The notes: a model not told the origin generated them from the letters alone. A stretch of DNA of 64,000 bases from Candidatus Parcubacteria bacterium (GCA_023128895.1 JAGMDC010000003.1:155651-219650), one strand, 5' to 3'; shown: positions 18,257 to 26,710, counted from the first letter of the stretch. Made by a program: numbers and translations.

Positions 18257-19552
18257 CTAAAATGGTATGACTTCCTTCCAATTTGGCAAAGGGAGGCTAA
18301 TATCAAATAATTTCTCTCTCGCGCAAAAGCCAATGCTATCAGTTATGCCAAGTTTTATAACTTTGCCATCCCCGAGCGCGTCAAACTGAATTTTTGGATT
18401 TTCAGAAGAGTCGTCGCTGTCTATGAAACTCGCATCGGGGATAGTCCACTCAAATGCGTTGCCGGTACAGGAAATAGCTCCGCCAGCGGCGTTATAACAA
18501 ACGCTCACATCTTCAACGCAATCGACTCCCAAAGTTGAACATAATTGAATTTCTTCGCCTACACTCGGCGATTCAGGTAATAGAGTAAAGTCGGGATAAG
18601 GATAGGGATGAAGCGGGGTATCAAATTCTGGTCCCCCTTTCCAAACAGACGCCAATCCCAGAACATCTTCAACCTGAACCTGCCAATAATAATGGTCGTT
18701 ATAAAAAATATCTTGAGGCCCTGAAGGAGAAAGAACTACAACTATACATGAAGTGCACTCGCCGTCCGGAGATACAACTCGGACAACATCCTCAAAATTT
18801 ACAAGAGGATCAACAAATGTTCCATCAGGATTTTTAGCCGGATTTGCGGCTACTTGAAGATTAAATTTAGCCTGCGCGTTTCCAGAATCATTTTTATATT
18901 TCCATTCCAAACTAATATGGCCTTTTCCTGCAACCTCTGTGCAATAATTCGGACTAAAAGTTAAATCTTCAATATAAGGCATGGACAAAAATGGTACGGT
19001 AGTGACAACCTTGTAATCAGAAGCGCCACAAATATTCTCTCCGTCTGGTCCACCTTCAAAACAATTAAAACTAATCCAACCGTAATCATCGGACCACGCC
19101 CATTTATGAAATTCACCTGTATCTATGTCAATATCAACTCCGTAATCTGTATCCCTTAGCCGTATCCAGCTGTCAGAGCATAAAACCTTTGCCCAGCCGG
19201 AAACCTCGCCATTGAGCATATCAACCCAAGCTGAACAGCCGTGAGTAGAATCAGGATATTCGCAACCACTTAAATCACTCGCCTCAAAACTAATCCAACC
19301 CACATTTTCCGACCACGCGTATCCTGAAAAATCGCCTGTAGCTTCATCAATATCTACTCCATAATCTATATTGCACCGAGGTTCCGGCAGTTCAGAATTA
19401 TTACAATTAAAACTAATCCAGCCAATATTTTCCGACCAAGCCCAGCCAAAGACATTATCACTAGCATCGGCATTCACTCTGCTGTTTTGAAAAGCTAAAA
19501 AACCAAAAAATGATAAACAAAATATTAAAATAACAATTTGAAATTTTTTCAT
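18257..19552 (-). CDS. secreted GW-repeat protein B
   Basis: Repeats are GWAWSENIGWISFN, GYAWSENVGWISFE and KWAWSDDYGWISFN. The C-terminus PYPYPDFTLLPESPSVGEEIQLCSTLGVDC...LPLPNWKEVIPF is shared with the 13788-15743 product. Confidence 0.8.
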   Translation of the reverse strand: MKKFQIVILIFCLSFFGFLAFQNSRVNADASDNVFGWAWSENIGWISFNCNNSELPEPRCNIDYGVDIDEATGDFSGYAWSENVGWISFEASDLSGCEYPDSTHGCSAWVDMLNGEVSGWAKVLCSDSWIRLRDTDYGVDIDIDTGEFHKWAWSDDYGWISFNCFEGGPDGENICGASDYKVVTTVPFLSMPYIEDLTFSPNYCTEVAGKGHISLEWKYKNDSGNAQAKFNLQVAANPAKNPDGTFVDPLVNFEDVVRVVSPDGECTSCIVVVLSPSGPQDIFYNDHYYWQVQVEDVLGLASVWKGGPEFDTPLHPYPYPDFTLLPESPSVGEEIQLCSTLGVDCVEDVSVCYNAAGGAISCTGNAFEWTIPDASFIDSDDSSENPKIQFDALGDGKVIKLGITDSIGFCAREKLFDISLPLPNWKEVIPF

Positions 19553-19555
19553 AAT

Positions 19556-20617
19556 TTATTCTTGAACAACTATTTTAATGGGAATTCCGTCAGCTGTAAC
19601 AGCCATAGAAACAGGCACAGTGGGTTCAAATCTTTGAAATACTTTGCCCATTTTTCCAGTGCTGTTTATATCGTAATAATATAGAATAATACCGTCGGAA
19701 GAAACATAGTCAATTGTCTCTCTTCTAAAAGTTAAATTATAAACTGACGCGCTCCCGCTACAATATGAACCTGACCCGCTTGTAGTAATCTCAACTACAT
19801 CGCCTTGTTTTACATGATAGTACCAGGTTCCTGATTTTGTCTCGGTCTTGCATTCCCATCTCATACAGGAACTAAACGCCCAAAAAGTACACACTGAATA
19901 ACCATGAGCAGTGAGTTGTTCTTTCTCTTCTCCGTTGATATAAAGCTTAAAACTCTCCCAGTACCCTCTACACCTAGCGCTAACATTTGCAGTAACCTTT
20001 ATTACTCCTTCCCCATCTACTATTACCTCCTCCCCCTCTATTAGTGTCAAAGAATCGCTTCCGCTCTTGCCTATATGTAAAATCTCTTCTGTATTGTCGC
20101 TCTGAAACTCTTCTCCTATTGGCATTGCTCCGCCAGAATAACACATTAGTTTTCCGTCATTATTTGCCATCAAAAAACAATCATTAAATCCAGAAATATG
20201 AACATCACCCGCTCCGTCAATTTTCATTCTTTCTGTCCCCTGAGTATAAAACTCTATTTCTTCCTCTTCTTTATCTAAATAAATAGACGCTGCTGTTGGG
20301 GCGCCGGTATCTGACAATAAATGTAAATCATTATGCCCTTTTATGTAATCAGCTCTTTCAATATCTCCCTTATTACCATCAGCATTGAGATAAAGATGCC
20401 CGTCTGAAACAGTAAGAGCGGAAACAGTAAGATCCCCTGCTTTGGTCTGGGAATCACTGCTTATATTAATCAGTTCATAAATATTATCTGCTGGCAAAAT
20501 ATTTGGCGGGACATCGCCCGGCTCATCCCAAGCAGAAACAATATAGCCTATTACCGCGCTGGAAACCAAAATTACAGACGACAAAATAATTATTTTTTGA
20601 AAATTTGAACAAAGCAT
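19556..20617 (-). CDS. anchored surface protein, triplicated family member a (AWDEP motif)
   Basis: NFQK + helix + SAWDEPGDVPP. Blocks shared with the next two genes are GDIERADYIKG, EILHIGKSGSDS, FKLYINGEEKEQLTAHGY and SGSGSYCSGSASVYNLTFRR. Confidence 0.75.
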   Translation of the reverse strand: MLCSNFQKIIILSSVILVSSAVIGYIVSAWDEPGDVPPNILPADNIYELINISSDSQTKAGDLTVSALTVSDGHLYLNADGNKGDIERADYIKGHNDLHLLSDTGAPTAASIYLDKEEEEIEFYTQGTERMKIDGAGDVHISGFNDCFLMANNDGKLMCYSGGAMPIGEEFQSDNTEEILHIGKSGSDSLTLIEGEEVIVDGEGVIKVTANVSARCRGYWESFKLYINGEEKEQLTAHGYSVCTFWAFSSCMRWECKTETKSGTWYYHVKQGDVVEITTSGSGSYCSGSASVYNLTFRRETIDYVSSDGIILYYYDINSTGKMGKVFQRFEPTVPVSMAVTADGIPIKIVVQE

Positions 20618-20629
20618 ATTGAAAATTAA

Positions 20630-21646
20630 TTATTCAACAATAATAATAATCGGAATCCCATCAGCAGTAACAGCTATGGAAGTAGGGACCGCGAACTGTT
20701 TTTGTTTTGTCGCCTTTTCCATTTCTCCACTAGTATCTTTGTCATAGTAATACAAAATATCTTCTTCGGAAAAAACATACTCAACTCTATCTCTTCTAAA
20801 TGTTAAATTATAAACTGAAGCATTCCCGCTGCAATATGAACCGGACCCGCTTGTAGCAAGCTTAATTACATCGCCTTGTTTTATATGATAATACCAGGTT
20901 CTTGATTTTGCATCGGTCGCGCATTCCCACCTAAGGCAAGAGTGAAACCCCCACCAAGTACACTCCGCATAACCATTAGCAGTAAGTTGTTTTTCTAAAT
21001 TTCCATTGATATAAAGCTTAAAATTCTCCCAATACCCGCTGCACCTAGCGCTAACATACGCGGTAACCTTTATTACTCCCTCTTCGTCTATTATTGTCCA
21101 TGAATCGCTTCCGTTCTTGCCTATATGCAAAATCTCTACCTGCGTGCTTTGGAACTTATCATCTCCCGGCGCGCCTGTGCCCTCATAACATCCTATTTTT
21201 CCATTCTCATTCACCTCTAAAAAGCAATTCTTTAAGCCGGAAATATACATATCGCCGTTCCCATCAATCTTAACTCCTTCTATCGCTTGTGTGCTCAATT
21301 TTATTGCTTTCTCTCCTTTATCTAAATCAAGACAAGCATTATCCTCTGCGCTAGACCATAAATGCAAGCCATCCTGTGCTTTTATATAATTCACTCTTTC
21401 AATATCACCTCCTTTGCTGTCGTCCTCATTAAGATAAAGCTTGCCGCCTAAAGTCGTAAGTTCAGTAACAGTAAGGTCTCCGCTTTTTATTTGGGCCTCT
21501 GGACCGGCGTTGATTGGGGCATCAAGATTCCATGGCAAAGCCAATGGTGGCTCATCCCAAGCAAAAACCATATACCCAGTAATTGCGCTGAAAACTAAAA
21601 TTCCAGCAACTAAAGCAATTATTTTGTGAAAATTTAAATAAATCAT
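20630..21646 (-). CDS. anchored surface protein, triplicated family member b (AWDEP motif)
   Basis: NFHK + helix + FAWDEPPLALP. It has the same conserved blocks as its neighbours. Confidence 0.75.
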   Translation of the reverse strand: MIYLNFHKIIALVAGILVFSAITGYMVFAWDEPPLALPWNLDAPINAGPEAQIKSGDLTVTELTTLGGKLYLNEDDSKGGDIERVNYIKAQDGLHLWSSAEDNACLDLDKGEKAIKLSTQAIEGVKIDGNGDMYISGLKNCFLEVNENGKIGCYEGTGAPGDDKFQSTQVEILHIGKNGSDSWTIIDEEGVIKVTAYVSARCSGYWENFKLYINGNLEKQLTANGYAECTWWGFHSCLRWECATDAKSRTWYYHIKQGDVIKLATSGSGSYCSGNASVYNLTFRRDRVEYVFSEEDILYYYDKDTSGEMEKATKQKQFAVPTSIAVTADGIPIIIIVE

Positions 21647-21651
21647 ATAAT

Positions 21652-22656
21652 TTAAGGATTAGGAAATGAAATAGGCAGTCCGTCAGATGTTATTGCCACA
21701 GAGACAGGGACATCGGGATTATACTGATTTTCTACTTCATTCATCTTGCCCGTGCTATTGATATCATAGTAATATAAAATAGTGCCTTCGCAAGAAGCAT
21801 AGTCAATCACATCTCTTTTATATCTGAGTTTATAAACTGAAGCGCTCGCGCTAGTATTATAACTTGTTCCGCTTGTAGTAATCTTAACTACATCACTTTG
21901 CTTTATATGATAATACCAGATTCCTGAATTATTATTCTCCCAGGAATCATGCCATGGCCAATCGTATCGAAAGCCGCCGGAAACACTGATATGCTCTTTT
22001 TCTTCTCCATTGATGTAAAATTTAAAATCTGCCACTGTGCTAGAACCATACGCAGATATGCTGGCAGCCACCTTTATTACTACCTCTTGCTCTTCGTTTG
22101 GCACCGTCCAGGAATCGCTTGCGTTTATGTCTATATGTAAAATTTCTGTTTGGCTGGGCCAAAATTCATCACCGTCTGGTATCTGTCCGCCAACATAACA
22201 TCTTATTTTTCCATCTTCATCTACTTCTAAGAAACAATCACTTAATTTGAGAATATGCATTTTACCATTTTTATCAACTTTCATTTTTTCATCTCCTTTG
22301 ATAGAAAATTTTATCTCTTTATTTTGGTTATCTAAATGAACAGACGCTATATTAAACGGATCCGAATCTAAATATAAACCATCTTGGCCTTTTATGTAAT
22401 CTACCCGCTCAATATCTCCTTCTTCGCCATCATCATTAAGAAAAACCTTATTGCCCGAAGCAAAAAGAGAAGAAACAGCAAGAGCGCCTTGTTTGGTTTG
22501 AGCAACAGGGCCAATATTTATCGGCGTCGGCGTGTTTTCCTGCGGCTGCTCAGCAGTGGGACCATCCCACGCAAAAACAATATATCCCATTGCAGCGCTC
22601 AAAACTAAAACTCCGCCTGTAAGCGCAATTGTTTTTTGAAATTTTGAGAAATACAT
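21652..22656 (-). CDS. anchored surface protein, triplicated family member c (AWDGP motif)
   Basis: KFQK + helix + FAWDGPTAEQP. This is the most divergent copy and lacks the Cys pattern of a and b. Confidence 0.75.
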   Translation of the reverse strand: MYFSKFQKTIALTGGVLVLSAAMGYIVFAWDGPTAEQPQENTPTPINIGPVAQTKQGALAVSSLFASGNKVFLNDDGEEGDIERVDYIKGQDGLYLDSDPFNIASVHLDNQNKEIKFSIKGDEKMKVDKNGKMHILKLSDCFLEVDEDGKIRCYVGGQIPDGDEFWPSQTEILHIDINASDSWTVPNEEQEVVIKVAASISAYGSSTVADFKFYINGEEKEHISVSGGFRYDWPWHDSWENNNSGIWYYHIKQSDVVKITTSGTSYNTSASASVYKLRYKRDVIDYASCEGTILYYYDINSTGKMNEVENQYNPDVPVSVAITSDGLPISFPNP

Positions 22657-22710
22657 TATTATATTTTACCTTATTTTCAACAATTTTGATAATAAAAAGC
22701 TGTGGATAAC

Positions 22711-23100
22711 TTAAAATTCTTCCACAGCGTTTTCAAAATGTAAAATTTCTGGCTTTTGGGTTTCCAAATCAATTTTAATGCTAATAATATCAATTTGCCA
22801 GGGCGTATCTAAAGAAAATTTATTTTGTGTCAGCCAAATTTGCGCGAGTTTCTGCAATTTTCTCTGTTTGCGAAAATCAACTCTTTGCTCCGGGGCGATT
22901 CCTTTGCCTGAACTCAAAGTTTTCACTTCCACAAACCTTATAACATCGTCTTTTCCCGCGATAATATCAATCTCCCCGAATTTGCGTCCTGTCCTTGTTT
23001 TCTGAATCCAATTTCTCGCCAATATATCAAAATCTTTGCTTTCAAGATAATCACGCGCAATCTTTTCCCCTAATTCGCCTAATTGTTTACGGTTTATCAT
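22711..23100 (-). CDS. yraN: YraN family (UPF0102) endonuclease-like protein
   Basis: GELGEKIARDYLESKDFDILARNW...GEIDIIAGKDDVIRFVEVKT is the typical YraN core. Confidence 0.8.
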   Translation of the reverse strand: MINRKQLGELGEKIARDYLESKDFDILARNWIQKTRTGRKFGEIDIIAGKDDVIRFVEVKTLSSGKGIAPEQRVDFRKQRKLQKLAQIWLTQNKFSLDTPWQIDIISIKIDLETQKPEILHFENAVEEF

Positions 23101-23270
23101 AGTGGTGTTTGTTGGACAAAGTCCGAACTTATTTTAAACAAAATCCCGACGCTGACTGACCCCCGACTATATACACTTTTAGTGTTTTATTTCGGCTGGC
23201 TCGGGGGCAGGCTGCTGCCTGCCCCCTCGCTTTAATTTATTCGGGAAAACAGGCGGTTTTAAGGTAAAAA
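23099..23270. repeat. 172-bp inverted repeat, left copy (IR-L)
   Basis: The reverse complement of 24674-24845 matches with 5 mismatches by hand alignment. It contains a 10-bp GC hairpin, GGGGGCAGGC-tgct-GCCTGCCCCC, at 23203-23226. Confidence 0.9.
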
Positions 23271-23384
23271 AAGGTTAAAAAATTTGGTTGACTTTATTTT
23301 TTATTTGGATTATTATTAAAATAAATAAGATAAATAATCCACAATTTAGCCCATACATTATAATGGTATATCATTAAAGAAGGT

Positions 23385-23624
23385 ATGTCAAGTCAAAATA
23401 ATATCTTAAAATCAAATATCGGTAAAAATATAAAAAAATTGAGACAGAAAAAAGGGATTTCTCAAGATAGATTATCAAAGATAGCCGATTTATCTCTGAA
23501 TACAATTGTGAATATTGAAACCGGTAATAATCCAAATCCAACCCTTGAGACACTTCAAAAAATAGCTAAAGCTCTCAATGTTTCCGTTGATGAGTTATTG
23601 AAATTAATATATGACCAGAAATAA
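23385..23624 (+). CDS. XRE-family helix-turn-helix transcriptional regulator
   Basis: IGKNIKKLRQKKGISQDRLSKIADLSLNTIVNIETGNNPNPTLETLQKIAKALNVSVDELL is a classic Cro/C1 HTH. Confidence 0.85.
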   Translation: MSSQNNILKSNIGKNIKKLRQKKGISQDRLSKIADLSLNTIVNIETGNNPNPTLETLQKIAKALNVSVDELLKLIYDQK

Positions 23625-24471
23625 AATTATTAAAGCATTGATAACAAGATTATTTGTAGCACTTATTGCCTTTAGTGTTGTTGGTTGGATTATTTTATTC
23701 GGTAAGAATCTGCCGGATAGTGTCACGCCTATTGTTTACGCGATAATCGCTGTCTCGATTATTACTTCAATTTATGTTCTCTGGAAGAAACCAAATTTAC
23801 TGCGTAATAAAAAAGTTATCATTGGGATGGTCGTTTTTATAATCGTTGGTGCCATCGGCTGGTTAACATCAATCTCTGAAATTACTGAATGCAGACCTTA
23901 CAAATGTGGAGAAGATTTTATTTGTGCAAAACCAACTGATTTAGGTTTAAAAATAACAATGGGCGAATGTTCTTCTGAGTTTATAGAAAATATAGATTTC
24001 TATTGCGTAAAGGAAAATAATATTTGTATTAAACATCCAATTAATTTCACGATTGATCAAGTAGAAAAATCTATTACGGACTATTTATTAACACAAAAAT
24101 ATTTCAGCTGGAAGACAGCAACTGACAGCCGTAATTTTTGCGTTATTGAGAATTTAAATCCGGCAGAAGACGGCTTGTTTCCATTGTATGTTTGGGTTCG
24201 CTGCGGGGAGTTTGTTTTGCAAAACGGCAAATTAAAGGGATTAAGCGGGATATCGGCGCCGGCTAAAATAAATTATCCGAACCACTTGTCGTTTTATGAT
24301 ATAAATAAAATGTCTCATGAAACGCCAAGAAGCGGTTCGCTGTATTCAAAAGACATCAAGGCAATATTTCCTCTAAATGTACAAGAAGTGATTTTTGGTT
24401 TTTATATTCCCAATCTTTCCAATATCAGTAAAAAACTTGAGTCAGTTGCGCTTAGTGGCTTGAAGCAATAA
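23611..24471 (+). CDS. membrane protein of unknown function (3 predicted TM helices plus Cys-containing extracytoplasmic domain)
   Basis: Overlaps the XRE gene by 14 nt. Hydrophobic segments are FVALIAFSVVGWIILF, IVYAIIAVSIITSIYVLW and IIGMVVFIIVGAIGWL. No recognisable catalytic motif. Confidence 0.6.
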   Translation: MTRNKIIKALITRLFVALIAFSVVGWIILFGKNLPDSVTPIVYAIIAVSIITSIYVLWKKPNLLRNKKVIIGMVVFIIVGAIGWLTSISEITECRPYKCGEDFICAKPTDLGLKITMGECSSEFIENIDFYCVKENNICIKHPINFTIDQVEKSITDYLLTQKYFSWKTATDSRNFCVIENLNPAEDGLFPLYVWVRCGEFVLQNGKLKGLSGISAPAKINYPNHLSFYDINKMSHETPRSGSLYSKDIKAIFPLNVQEVIFGFYIPNLSNISKKLESVALSGLKQ

Positions 24472-24673
24472 TGAAAACTAATAAAAAAATGAAAGTCAAT
24501 CGGAATTTTTACCAACCTATCTGTCAAGAGTGGGCTAAAAAACTACTTTTGGCAAGTTAAACCGGCCCTTCAAAGTTGACATTCGGGAATGTCAAGTAAA
24601 TGTCAACTTTGAGAAAAATTTGCATTACGGAATGCAAGGCGGACGCAAACTTTTCATTCTGTATTTTCGGCCA

Positions 24674-24845
24674 TTTTTACCTTAAAACCGCCTGTTTTCC
24701 CGAATAAATTAAAGCGAGGGGGCAGGCAGCAGCCTGCCCCCGAGCCAAAGAAAATAAAACACTAAAAGTGTATGTAGTCGGGGGTCAGTCAGCGTCGGGA
24801 TTTTGTTTAAAATAAGTTCGGACTTTGTCCAACAAACACCACTAT
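24674..24845. repeat. 172-bp inverted repeat, right copy (IR-R)
   Basis: See IR-L. Together the two copies bracket 23271-24673. Confidence 0.9.
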
Positions 24846-24912
24846 AAGCGATTTGCGTCGGATGTCGGCGGCTTCGCCGCCTCTGCCGCCGAGCCATTAC
24901 GCCGCTCGGCGG

Positions 24913-24992
24913 ATAAATAAATATAATCCCAGGGTTTTTTGAAATCAATTGAAAATTTTTGAAAGGAAATTTTAGGGTTCGAGCCGATTTTC
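24913..24992 (-). pseudogene. relic of a serine-recombinase 3' end (inverted relative to the intact gene)
   Basis: The minus-strand translation KKIGSNPKISFQKFSIDFKKPWDYIYL aligns with KKIGSDCTIASQKLSIDFKKPWNYLYF at the C-terminus of the 25091-26710 product. The DNA is also similar to 26455-26535. Confidence 0.55.
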
Positions 24993-25090
24993 TTCTTTCG
25001 CCTTCGGCGAAAGGCAAAGCGAAATTTTATTAATTTTATTAAATTGTCGGCGCAAGCGTTTCTTTTTTCAATTATCAAATTATTAATACT

Positions 25091-26710
25091 ATGATTAAAT
25101 ATTTCATCTATTGCAGAAAATCGTCAGAGGACGAAGAACGGCAAATCTTGTCTATTGAAGCCCAACTCGCGGAACTGCGCGAATACGCAAAGCAAAACGG
25201 GATTTTTGTTGTCCGCGAGTTTGTTGAATGTAAAACCGCCAAAGAGCCGGGGCGGGAAATATTTAATCAAATGCTTTCCGAGATTGAAAAAGGAAACGCC
25301 GAGGGAATTTTAGCGTGGAATCCAGACAGACTGGCTCGCAATTCTATTGACGGCGGAAAAATCATCTATCTCGTTGACACTGGAAAAGTCGCCTCGCTAA
25401 AATTCCCGACATTTTGGTTTGAGCCAACGCCGCAGGGAAAATTTATGTTATCTGTCGCTTTTGGGCAGGCAAAATATTACACCGACAATTTAAGAGAAAA
25501 CATTTTGCGGGGAATTAGGCAAAAAATTCGCAGAGGCGAACTTTCGGCAAAAGCCCCAATCGGATATTTCAACGAACCGAGATTGAGAACTATTGAACCA
25601 GACAGAAATACTTTCAAAAAAGTGAAAAAGATTCTGTGGGCTTTTGCCTCTGGAAAATACACGCTAACAGCAATTCAAAGCAAAATGTTTTCTCTTGGCT
25701 TGATTGGTAAGGACGGAAAACCGCCTCATCTGTCAACAATACAGAGTATACTCACAAATCCGTTTTACTACGGACATTTCAAATATCGCAATGAAATTCA
25801 TCAAGGAAGCCACAAGCCAATGATTTCAAAGAAACTTTTTGACAAAATCCAGCAAGCGCTCAAAGACAATAGCAAACCGCGACATAGTAAAAAAGACAAA
25901 GGTTTTCTTTTTTTGGGTTTTGCCAAATGTGGAGAGTGCGGCTATTGTATTACCGCTGAACGCAAGATTAAAAAAAACGGCAAGAAATACACATATTATC
26001 GCTGTACCAAAAAAAGTAAAATTCAAAAATGCTCTCAAAACCGATTTTTGCGGGAAGAAAAACTCGCGGAACAGGTAAAAGAAATTTGTCAAAAAGTTTC
26101 TTTGTCTGATGATTGGCAAGAAAAATATCTGAAAAAAGTTGATGAATGGGAAAAAGAAAATTGCACATTGTCAAATCTTTTCGCTCAAAATCTCAAAACA
26201 GAATTAAACAAAGTCAAAACAAAAATACAACGCCTCACTGACGCCTATTTGGAAGGCGGTTTTGAATTATCGGAATTTCAGCAAAATAAAAACGCCTTAA
26301 TGGCGCGAAAAAAAGATATTGAGGAAAAATTATCAGATTTTGAGCGAAAAGGAAATAATTGGCTCGGACTTGTTCGGAATTGGATAATTGAAGCCAATCA
26401 AGCTAAAAATCTCGCTTTAACAGAAAATTTTGCCGAGATGAAAAATTTTCTGAAAAAAATCGGCTCGGACTGTACAATCGCCTCTCAAAAACTTTCAATT
26501 GATTTCAAAAAACCTTGGAATTACCTTTATTTTGCGAAGCAAAACAAGGTTCTTGAAGCGAAAACGAAAGCGAAAGGTTCTTATTTTTTGCCTTTGCAAA
26601 CGAGGGGCGAAGCCCCGAGCGACGCGGAAAATCAAGTAAATCGTAAAATGTGGACCTGGCGGGAATCGAACCCACATCAGAGCAATGCGAATGCCCTCTT
26701 CTACCATTAA
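25091..26710 (+). CDS. large serine recombinase (resolvase domain + recombinase domain + zinc ribbon + coiled coil)
   Basis: YCRKSSEDEERQILSIEAQ (catalytic Ser region), DRLARN, CGECGYCITAE...YYRC zinc ribbon, and a long coiled coil. The last about 60 nt of the ORF are antisense to tRNA-Ala, so the true C-terminus is uncertain. Confidence 0.85.
   Translation: MIKYFIYCRKSSEDEERQILSIEAQLAELREYAKQNGIFVVREFVECKTAKEPGREIFNQMLSEIEKGNAEGILAWNPDRLARNSIDGGKIIYLVDTGKVASLKFPTFWFEPTPQGKFMLSVAFGQAKYYTDNLRENILRGIRQKIRRGELSAKAPIGYFNEPRLRTIEPDRNTFKKVKKILWAFASGKYTLTAIQSKMFSLGLIGKDGKPPHLSTIQSILTNPFYYGHFKYRNEIHQGSHKPMISKKLFDKIQQALKDNSKPRHSKKDKGFLFLGFAKCGECGYCITAERKIKKNGKKYTYYRCTKKSKIQKCSQNRFLREEKLAEQVKEICQKVSLSDDWQEKYLKKVDEWEKENCTLSNLFAQNLKTELNKVKTKIQRLTDAYLEGGFELSEFQQNKNALMARKKDIEEKLSDFERKGNNWLGLVRNWIIEANQAKNLALTENFAEMKNFLKKIGSDCTIASQKLSIDFKKPWNYLYFAKQNKVLEAKTKAKGSYFLPLQTRGEAPSDAENQVNRKMWTWRESNPHQSNANALFYH
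26580..26635 (-). repeat. nested-hairpin element, short copy inside the recombinase 3' end
   Basis: The minus strand reads GATTTTCCGCGTCGCTCG-GGGC-ttc-GCCC-CTCGTTT...AAAATAAG, with the same flanks as the HAD-gene copies. Confidence 0.5.

Noticed and set aside
22701-22709. Perfect DnaA-box 9-mers TTATCCACA/TGTGGATAA at 22701-22709, 30295-30303 and 56676-56684, each 45-90 nt upstream of a minus-strand gene
   Set aside because: The three copies are spread over 34 kb, not clustered, with no adjacent AT-rich unwinding element or dnaA/dnaN, so this is not an origin. Three hits is only mild enrichment for an AT-rich 9-mer. A possible promoter-proximal role for DnaA remains untested.
24709-25078. 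Track ORFs 24709-25017 and 24842-25078 (minus strand)
   Set aside because: They span IR-R, GC hairpins and the recombinase-tail relic, with no start context. Only the short KKIGS...DFKKPWDYIYL stretch is meaningful, and it is interpreted as a gene remnant.
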